DNA of 64,000 nucleotides from NCBI GenBank assembly GCA_000165345.1, contig CM000436.1, positions 1 to 64,000 of the forward strand, read 5' to 3'. Shown piece by piece: positions 1 to 8,617 of this stretch (position 1 is its first letter; each line of letters starts with the position of its first letter). The notes under the pieces were generated by a model. It saw only the letters and a program-made list of their open reading frames with translations, ran no database searches and was not told where the DNA came from. The position numbers and the translations under genes were made by a program.

Positions 1-36
1 CTTGCTTGCTGCCTGCGGTCGACTCTGGGGTACCCC
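1..36. other. Non-telomeric 36-nt leader resembling a pUC/M13-type multiple cloning site (TTGC..GCCTGC.GGTCGACTCT...GGTACC; SalI GTCGAC and KpnI GGTACC sites present). Possible vector or adapter remnant at the contig end.
   Basis: By eye it aligns at roughly 75-80% identity to the polylinker AAGCTTGCATGCCTGCAGGTCGACTCTAGAGGATCCCC. It abuts the telomere array directly and is unlike anything else in the window. Confidence 0.3.
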
Positions 37-1600
37 TAACCTAAAAAACCTAAACCTAAAACCTAAACCTAAAAACCTAAAAACCTAAAACCTAAACCTG
101 AAACCTGAAACCTAAACCTAAACCTGAAACCCCCTGAAACCCTAAACCTAAACCCCCTAAAACCTAAACCTAAACCTAAACCTAAGACCTAAGCCTAAAG
201 CTAAAACCCTAGACCTAGACCTAAACCTAAACCTAAACCCCTAAACCTGGAACCCTAAACCCCTAAACCTAAGCCCTGAAACCCTAAACCTAAACCTAAA
301 CCCCTAAAACCCTAAACCTAAAACCTAAAACGCGTAAAACCTAAACCTAAACCTAGGACGTAAACGCTAAACCAAAACCCGGTAAACCCTAAACCCCTAA
401 ACCTAAAACCTAAACCTAAAACCTAAACCTAAACCTAAACCTAAAACCTAAACCTAAAAACCTAAAACCTAGACCTAAAACCCCTAAACCTAAACCTAAA
501 CCTAAAACCCCTAAACCTAAAACCCTAAAACCTAAACCTAGACGTAACCTAAACCTAAAACCCCTAAACCTAAACCTAAACCTAAACCTAAACCTAAACC
601 CTAAACCTAAACCCTAAACCTAAAACCTAAAACCTAAACCTAAACCCTAAACCCTAAACCCTAAACCCCCTAAAACCTAAAAAACCTAAACCTAAACCCT
701 AAAACCTAAACCTAAACCTAAACCGAAAAACCTAAAAACCCTAAACCTAAAACCTAAACCTAAACCCCCTAAACCTAAACCTAAACCTAAAACCTAAACC
801 TAAACCTAAACCTAAAACCTAAACCTAAAACCGAAACCTAAACCTAAACCTAAACCTAAAACCTAAACCTAACCTAAACCCCTAACCCCTAAACCTAAAC
901 CTAAACCTAAACCTAAACCTAAACCTAAAACCTAAACCTAAACCTAAACCTAAAAACCCTAAAACCCTAACCTAAACCTAAAACCTAAACCCCCCCTAAA
1001 CCTAAACCCTAAACCTAAACCTAAACCCTAAACCCTAAACCCCTAAACCCCTAAACCCTAAACCTAAACCTAAACCTAAACCTAAACCTAAACCTAAACC
1101 CCTAAAACCTAAACCTAAACCTAAACCTAAACCTAAAACCTAAAACCCCTAAACCTAAACCTAAAACCCTAAACCTAAACCTAAACCTAAACCTAAACCG
1201 AAACCTAAAACCTAAAACCCTAAACCTAAACCTAAACCTAAAACCTAAAACCTAAAACCTAAACCTAAAAACGTAAAACCCTAAACCTAAAACCCCTAAA
1301 AACCCTAAAACCTAAAAACCTAAACCCTAAACCTAAAACCTAAACCTAAACCTAAAACCTAAACCCTAAACCCTAAACCTAAACCCCTAAACCTAAACCC
1401 CTAAACCTAAACCTAAACCTAAACCTAAAAACCTAAACCTAAACCGAAACCTAAAACCTAAACCCTAAACCTAAAAACCTAAACCTAAACCTAAACCTAA
1501 ACCTAAACCCTAAACCTAAACCTAAACCTAAACCTAAACCTAAAACCTAAACCTAAACCTAAACCTAAACCTAAACCTAAACCCTAAACCTAAACCCTAA
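37..1600. repeat. Telomeric repeat array, C-rich strand shown (CCTAAA)n = (TTTAGG)n. Degenerate, with many CCTAAAA, CCCTAAA, CCCCTAAA, CCTAGA and CCTAAG variants. The orientation marks the left chromosome end.
   Basis: About 250 tandem 6-7 nt units dominated by CCTAAA. The array ends at ...ccctaag (about 1600), immediately followed by unique sequence. Confidence 0.9.
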
Positions 1601-1685
1601 GACGCATAAAAACCGCCAACAGCTTAAAACCGCTAGCAAAATTTTAACAAATCACTAAATATTTTCTCGAATTTTTATTGAAATC

Positions 1686-2558
1686 ATGAGTAGCACAAGT
1701 AGAAATCCCGGACCTGGAGGAGAAATAAGGCCGATCCCTAGTTTCCCAATGTTTGATGAAGAGCGTGGTAATAGAGAATTCCTTGTGGTCACTATAGAAA
1801 AAGAAATGGAAATAAGTGTTCCTTTCCTAGCTAACTATGAGACTGCAGTTGATGCTGGTAAATTTAAGAGATTGATTGCATATGAACACAAAGCAGATAT
1901 GTACCATATAGTTAAAATCGAAAATCAAACTTCTGATGTTCAGATTTTTAATGAAAATGGAAAACTAAAATTTGTTTTTAGTACACATGTATTTGGGATT
2001 AATACAGAAAAAATCCTCGAAAAAATGTCTGGATATCAAGATGACTTGAATAAAGTAGTTGTAGAAGAATTTCCTTTTGAAAACATTCCAAATAAACCAC
2101 AATATTACAACCGTGGATACAAAATTCTTATACCTGAAAACTTTGATGTTTTCCGTGATCAACAATACATAGAAGTTACTGGGCAAGATGGTGTTGAATT
2201 TAAAGGTATTTTTTCTTTGGATCAACCTGAACTTAAATTACCCACTGAACATACTGGTGACACCTATGAATTTTACACTACTTCCGGAACCTATGCAGTA
2301 TTTAGGGGATATGAAAATAAGCGTATATATGCTATTCCTGTTCTTGAAAAGGTGAAATGCTACGTAGATACCAACTATGGCAGAGTGAGAATGGCAAATG
2401 TGTGTAATTTGACTTTCAATGTTAATTATGGTATATTATCTGTTGGAGAAATGGAAATAAATACGGTTAATATTTGTGGAAAGCGTGCCATCATTGGTAA
2501 TACTATTGAAGAAGTAATTAATATTGGAATTTCCAGACTTAATGAAGGTTCTGATTGA
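1686..2558 (+). CDS. Hypothetical protein, 290 aa, with no signal peptide or recognisable domain. It is the telomere-most gene, 85 bp from the repeat array.
   Basis: Intact 873-nt ORF with non-repetitive, balanced amino-acid composition. Upstream there is an AACCGCCAAC E2F-like element at about 1609-1618. Confidence 0.55.
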   Translation: MSSTSRNPGPGGEIRPIPSFPMFDEERGNREFLVVTIEKEMEISVPFLANYETAVDAGKFKRLIAYEHKADMYHIVKIENQTSDVQIFNENGKLKFVFSTHVFGINTEKILEKMSGYQDDLNKVVVEEFPFENIPNKPQYYNRGYKILIPENFDVFRDQQYIEVTGQDGVEFKGIFSLDQPELKLPTEHTGDTYEFYTTSGTYAVFRGYENKRIYAIPVLEKVKCYVDTNYGRVRMANVCNLTFNVNYGILSVGEMEINTVNICGKRAIIGNTIEEVINIGISRLNEGSD

Positions 2559-5284
2559 GATTAATAAGATGAACCCTTTTTTCGTATATTTGCTGATATC
2601 ATATAAAGAACATCGCTTATCTAACAAATTATTGTGTTCTGGATACAATCTGAAAACTTGTATTGATTTGATAATAAATAATCTTACATTCATATGATTA
2701 TTTTTTATCAAACTATTATATTGAACTTTCAACGTTGTAAAAAAGAATTTGTTGTAATTGAAACTTAGTATTGTTTGTGTTAAAATTGAATCTGTATTTA
2801 GTCCTTTTTAGGCTTTTCCAGGCAAGTTATTCTTCATCTTTGTCGGTTGATATTCAAATTGTAGTAGTTAATTTAGTTCTGATACTTTTAATAACCCAGC
2901 CGCAAATAACCAATATATAACTACTGAATTGAATGATACATAAAGAAATGATCAATTCCATTAAAATTATTCTTTGAGCCATGCAATGTGGAAATTTAAC
3001 TCTCAATTTAATAAAAATGGTGCCAGAAATACCATTTATTACTTCAAAACTAAATAGTCAATTGTTTTTTTTATAATTAAAATTATTTAAACCTAAATAT
3101 TTATTCAATTTCAAACTTTTAAACTCTTTAAAATATTTGAATCTTAATTCTTCAATTAATATTTAAATTTACTAATGCTTGAATTCTTATTTATCTAAAG
3201 TAAGAATGTACTTAGCCATTAGCATTATATTTTAATGAGAAATAAAATATACCATATAATGACATATTTAAGTAAATAAAGCATAATATTAAAAAAATTA
3301 TGATTTTAATATTCATATGAGAAAATATAAAGATTTCTAAATAATTGCATAATGAAATAAATCAACTCAAGTGAAATTTATATAAATATTAACTTAAAAA
3401 GTTTTAGAAAAATATGGAGGTTAATTGATATCTTTTGGCTCATTTCAGATTTAAAATTGTGATTTATGTTTCAACAAAATTTTTGAATAAATTTACTCTC
3501 TTATAGTGCTAAAAAATGTATCAATGTAATGCTTTACCAAAAAGTAATTAATCTAATTTTACAAACTAATTCTATAAAATCAATTCGATTTTAAAAACAT
3601 GTTTTTGGAATCAAATAATAAAATTTAATAAATTTGAAAAATTAAACATATAATAAATAACTTTAAAATAAATTGAACAAAACTGTTCTAATTAAATGAA
3701 ACAAAAATTTTAATAAAGAAAATATACTAATAAAATTCTTAAAGGATTTATAAGATAATCCTAGTGAATAATTCATCATAAATAAACATATTTGAAAATA
3801 ATACTATAATAAGTTCTTTTTTACTTGGTTTTTTTTAAAAAGAGAAATACCTAATGCAATATAATAAATTAAAAATTCATATATTTTTAATGATTTATGT
3901 AAAAATCTATAGTTTTGAATTACTACAAGGATCCACTTAAAATAAAATCCATTCTCAAGAACAATTAATCAATTTTATGATTAATTTACACTTTCAAAAC
4001 ATTTATTTAAAAAATAAGTATAATTCATATTAATGTAGTAAATTCTTTAAACTAAGTAATTCAAGATTTTCCCAATTTTAAATTTCATTTTCAAGTTTAA
4101 ATAATAATGGAAAAAAAATTATCTTCCTTAATAATATAAATAAGCTAAAATATCAAAACAAAATAACTTTTTGAGTAAAAAATATCTTAAATCTAAAATA
4201 TATAGCTAAATCATTACTCTGATCCATTTATTTTGCAAACAAAAATTATAAAAAGCAAAATTAAAATTAAAAATTTCCAAGAATATTATTCAAATATATT
4301 ATTTAAGCCAACCTCTTCAGCAATAATAATTATAATTTGAAAAAATAATTTATTTATACATAATTTTACTGATAAAATAAAAATATTTTTAAGTTCATAT
4401 TTTAAAATTATGTTTTTGAATTACAATTTTCAAAGACTTTCATTTAACTAATTAATCAATGAGATTTTTATTTTAAGCCACTCTACAAAGTCAAATAATC
4501 TAAAAACATGACAATTTAATAATAATTGTATTTATTTAAAAACAAGAAGAGAAAATTTCGAGAAAAAAGAAATTATTATATTTTAATATACAAAAATTAG
4601 TCATACTTAAAGTTAAAAATCTATTTAAAAAAAAATACAAATATCGGCTTCAGATCCAAACTTAGTCATTTTTTATATGAATTTTATAATATTCTACCCT
4701 TTCTCACTTATTTATAATGGAATTACTTTAGAAATTTGTTTAATAATAATATGCAATCAAAATTAAATGAAAAAAAGTGAATTATATCACAAAAAAATCT
4801 ATAATTAGTGACTTTTTATAGTTTAATTATGTAAATATATCAGAAAAAAAAAGAAAGTTTCTAGAATTTAGACCACAAAAAAACTAAATAGATTATAAAA
4901 TCATACAAATGAATAAAATTAGGTTTTTGTTCATTTTAGGGTTAACTCAAAATAATGCAATGTGTAATTATTTATTTTCTCTAAAAAAAAATATATGTTT
5001 GTTGTTCTCCATTTTAACTTTTAGAAATAATTCTGTAAAATTGATATCAATAGATATTAATGCTACTACTAATTACTAGGAAGAATTCAATATCAGTATT
5101 GAAAGTTGGCACTGTATCAAAAACAAAATAATAAATTGTATTGAAAAAAGTGAAAATTTGTAAATTTTGGTAAAATTAATTATTAATGGCCTTGAATCTA
5201 TTTAATAGTTTTATAATATGAAATGAATAGCTTCAGTTATATATTTGAATAATCAGTAAATCTTTAATTTAACAAAAAATAATT

Positions 5285-8059
5285 TTATTTGTTTTGTTTA
5301 CTTTGAAGTAAAACTAAAAATTTTATAAAGTTCTTAACGAATAATTTTTCTATTAATTTAACATACATTAATTCTTGATCAAATACACATCGAGCTACAT
5401 TTGAATGTAAATGCTGAATAATATTACCACATTGTTCTAATGCAATTAATATTTCCTCTAAAGTTGAATCTTCAGTAATTATAGATAAATCAATTAAGCT
5501 TTGTTCAAATTCTAAATATTTATTTTCATATCTCTCTAAAGCTTTGCTTGTTAATTTTTCATCTCTACTTTGCGAAAAATATTTTAAAAATCTTGACTCT
5601 TTGACTGATTGTTCTTTTTCAGTGTCTGAAAATGGAAAGTCAGGCACTTCAAATCCGTCAAATCTTAGTATTCTCATTTCCGGAGATCTGCCTCTAGATC
5701 TACTCCTAGTTCTGGAACTACTTCTAATTCTTGATTTTGACCTTAACCTAGTACGAGAGCGAGTGCGAGAACGAGTACGAGAGCGGGAACTAGAACGAGT
5801 ACTAGAACGAGAACGAGGTCTAGACCTTATAGTCCCTGTTTTTGGTCTCGCTCCTAATTCCAATGGAGGGCCTAATACAGAGCCTGATACAGAGCCTGAT
5901 GCAGAGCCTGATGCAGAGCCTGATGCAGAGCCTTCCTCCTGTAAGTTATCAGCTTCTGATATTGAGAGTGAAGCAAAGGCATCTGAAATATTATTCACAT
6001 TATTTGTTCCTTTCTCTTCAGTTTCATCAAAAATAACCCCATAAACAAATCCAATCAAAGCTGATAAACCATCTCTACTTTTTTCAGCTTCCCTAAATAA
6101 TCCCTCCATTGATTCTACAGAATTTAATAATGAATACATGTAATTGCTATGTTCAATCCTCCTCAGTCTTTCTCTCTCTCTTTCCCTTTCCCTTTCTCTC
6201 TCCTCTACTCTTTCTCTTTCTTCTCTTTCTCTTCTAGTTTCATTCTTTGTCCTTCTTTCATCCTGCTTTCTCTTTCTTGTAGAAGTATTACTGGACTTTT
6301 GCTCTTTAATTGTTTTCTTTACCTCTTCCCTTTGTAAAGACTTCTCCTCTTCTTTTAAAAGTTTTTTAAGCTTTTCTTCTTTCCTATTAGTTTTTTGTCT
6401 ACAACTTCCGTAATGAACTCCAGATGAAGCTTCTTGATGAACAGCTGGACTAGCACTTTTTTGTGTTTCGCCTACATTTTCCTCTGTAACTTCAATCATA
6501 TTTCCTTCTAAAGTAGGAAATTCTCTTTTAAATCTAGTTCTCTTTCTTTGTCTTTTCATTTCCTCTTTAGCTTGTTTAACTATATTGCTACGTTCTCTAT
6601 CCGCTTTTTCTCTTTCTTCTCTTTCTCTCTTCTCTTTAAGCCTTTTTTCTTTTTGTTCTTTTTTATGCAACTCAAATTCAGTTAAGAGTTTTTTTTTACT
6701 AAGTTCTTTCTTTTTCTTTATATTTTTTTGTATCTGGCTCAATTGCAAATTTCTTATTTTTTCTTCTGAATAACTCTCAATTTGTTTGATTTGCTTTGCA
6801 CATTTTTTTGTAGCTTCCTCATACGCCGAAACTACGCTTTGAAATAATATAGAAAAAGAATTCGATTCAGTAACAGCCTCATAGAATTTTTTTAATGTTA
6901 ATAAACTTTCTAGTAAAACCTTGTAAATTTCTTTCATATTGCGAATAATTATACCTTTACCTACAAAAAAATCAAAATATTCACTAACTAAATTATTGGA
7001 CTGAATTCTTTCTGCATCAAATAACTCTCTTGTTTTAACTTTAATATTTAAATATTTTTCTTCTGATAATTCAGAGCAACTTATTCTTTCCAAATAACTT
7101 TTTATAGCTTCTTCCTTTTGGAAAATTTCATTCAGAATAGTGTCTAATGAGCTCTTTTCGAAAAAAAAGACTATAAATAAACTTGATTTTAAAACATCAA
7201 AAGCTGTTAATATTATTACTTTAATTGAGCATAATTCTTCCATATCAAGATCCAATTTTTCAAAATCTGTGTTTGAACCTGAATTACTTTCTGTAGTTTT
7301 TAAATGAGGCATATTATAACAAAAATTAAATTGAATTTTAGAAAAAGTCTCTTTATTCGCAATAAATCTCCTTGTGATATCTTTCCTTGATGATTTTAAA
7401 AATATTTCAGAAAATTGAGATAAAATGAATGAATGTTCTTCGAAAAAAGTAATAATTGAAATAGCCATATGACCTAAAAAGTTATCTACTCCATAATCCA
7501 ACAAAACTAAAAACTTTTCCATCAATAAGGCAATTTCTCTTTCTAATTCTTCTTTATTCTCAACTACAAAATTAAAGAATTTTACTGAGCCTTCATTCAT
7601 TAACGCAATAATTTTCCTTCGCATGTTATTATTTTGACTCTGCGAAAATTTCTTAATTTTGTTAGCTTTATCGATCAAAACTAGTTCACTTCTCTTCTCA
7701 AAAGAGAAATTTAAAACAAAGCTAGAAAAAATATGAGTTAAAGGTTTATATTTTGTATCTACTTCATCTGCAGTAAACAAAGCAATCAATTTCAAAATTA
7801 ACTCCGCATAAACAGCTGACTCTATCAATGCACATTCCATGAAAAAGTTGCTTTCATAAGAATTATCAATTAATGCTCGAACTGCAGCATAAGTACGACT
7901 ATCACGATCTATCATTTGAAAAGTTTCTTCTTCATCTAATTCTTCGCTTTCATCAGAACTGTGAGGTGCTTCTGCTCCTTTAATGTGGAGAATATTGCTG
8001 AATAGCGAACCAAAAAAAATAATTATAAAAACACATGTCTTAAATTTTACAATTCTCAT
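5285..8059 (-). CDS. Subtelomeric secreted protein, family member A, 924 aa. It has a signal peptide (MRIVKFKTCVFIIIFFGSLFS...GAEAP) and a helical N-domain. A central tract carries KEEKLKKLL...ERERERERERL...HSNYMYSLLNSVES. GSAS and SRSRTRSRTR repeats follow, then a conserved C-terminal domain (FDGFEVPDFPF ... ALEQCGNIIQHLH ... LVLLQ).
   Basis: Long intact ORF. The N-terminal hydrophobic leader and the conserved blocks are shared with the ORFs at 8618-11575 and 14117-16771. Confidence 0.7.
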   Translation of the reverse strand: MRIVKFKTCVFIIIFFGSLFSNILHIKGAEAPHSSDESEELDEEETFQMIDRDSRTYAAVRALIDNSYESNFFMECALIESAVYAELILKLIALFTADEVDTKYKPLTHIFSSFVLNFSFEKRSELVLIDKANKIKKFSQSQNNNMRRKIIALMNEGSVKFFNFVVENKEELEREIALLMEKFLVLLDYGVDNFLGHMAISIITFFEEHSFILSQFSEIFLKSSRKDITRRFIANKETFSKIQFNFCYNMPHLKTTESNSGSNTDFEKLDLDMEELCSIKVIILTAFDVLKSSLFIVFFFEKSSLDTILNEIFQKEEAIKSYLERISCSELSEEKYLNIKVKTRELFDAERIQSNNLVSEYFDFFVGKGIIIRNMKEIYKVLLESLLTLKKFYEAVTESNSFSILFQSVVSAYEEATKKCAKQIKQIESYSEEKIRNLQLSQIQKNIKKKKELSKKKLLTEFELHKKEQKEKRLKEKREREEREKADRERSNIVKQAKEEMKRQRKRTRFKREFPTLEGNMIEVTEENVGETQKSASPAVHQEASSGVHYGSCRQKTNRKEEKLKKLLKEEEKSLQREEVKKTIKEQKSSNTSTRKRKQDERRTKNETRREREERERVEERERERERERERLRRIEHSNYMYSLLNSVESMEGLFREAEKSRDGLSALIGFVYGVIFDETEEKGTNNVNNISDAFASLSISEADNLQEEGSASGSASGSASGSVSGSVLGPPLELGARPKTGTIRSRPRSRSSTRSSSRSRTRSRTRSRTRLRSKSRIRSSSRTRSRSRGRSPEMRILRFDGFEVPDFPFSDTEKEQSVKESRFLKYFSQSRDEKLTSKALERYENKYLEFEQSLIDLSIITEDSTLEEILIALEQCGNIIQHLHSNVARCVFDQELMYVKLIEKLFVKNFIKFLVLLQSKQNK
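5860..5935 (-). repeat. Coding 12-nt tandem repeat of about 6 copies inside family member A (agagcctgat(a/g)c), encoding the GSAS/GSVS repeat. RS-encoding repeats lie adjacent at 5700-5830.
   Basis: Direct reading of the sequence and the translated SGSASGSASGSASGSVSGSV. Confidence 0.8.
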
Positions 8060-8163
8060 TGTTTTAGTTATTTTACATTGACAAAAAAATGTATATATTC
8101 ATCATTTAATTCAAATTTTTATTTTTCTGGAATATTGCATGCAAGTCAAAACTTACATTACTA

Positions 8164-8177
8164 TTTTGGCGCTAAGA
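8164..8177. promoter_or_regulatory. E2F-like element TTTTGGCGCTAAGA, about 105 bp upstream of the family member A start codon.
   Basis: TTTGGCGC core. The identical 14-mer recurs at 54267-54280 upstream of the 2484-aa gene. Confidence 0.45.
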
Positions 8178-8617
8178 TTGATGGATATTTATATTGAACA
8201 AAAAATATAAAAACAGATAGAATTTTGAAACTAATTTGGTAATATTAGAGAATTATTATTATTAATTACTATAGAATTAGAAGGAAATTTTAAAGTTTTT
8301 TAAAATTATTGTAATTTAGCTTGTAATGGTACTGAAACAATAATCAGTTTGTATTCGTTTCTGTAAAATTTTCGCATTTAACTGCGACTAGTATTGAATT
8401 TAAAATAAAATTGTATTTGAGTAATTTTTTACACTATCTCAATAGGTGAACTATGATATGCCCAACACTTATTAAATGGATTATTTAAAGCATTGAAATG
8501 TTCTAATTGAGTCGTATCATTGATATTTGCAAATTAGTCACTTCTTTTTTATATTAATTTATTAAGAAACAAATACATTAGAAAACAATATTGTTTGACT
8601 CGTTAAATATTTCTAAA

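Noticed and set aside
37-1600. Regular short-unit repeat array that could superficially be taken for a CRISPR array or satellite.
   Set aside because: Units are 6-7 nt with no spacers. They are dominated by CCTAAA at the sequence terminus in the C-rich orientation expected for a left telomere. The array is eukaryotic telomere, not CRISPR.
1965-2732. Antisense ORFs 1965-2225 and 2436-2732 overlapping the telomere-proximal gene.
   Set aside because: They are short, AT-codon-rich and antisense to a longer, compositionally normal ORF.
5544-6773. Plus-strand ORFs inside family member A (5544-6044, 5842-6036, 6144-6413, 6149-6337, 6585-6773) encoding Leu/Ser/Phe-rich peptides.
   Set aside because: They lie antisense to a long, well-supported minus-strand gene. 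They arise because the reverse complement of GA-rich (Glu/Arg/Ser-coding) repeats is CT-rich and stop-free. There is no independent evidence for them.
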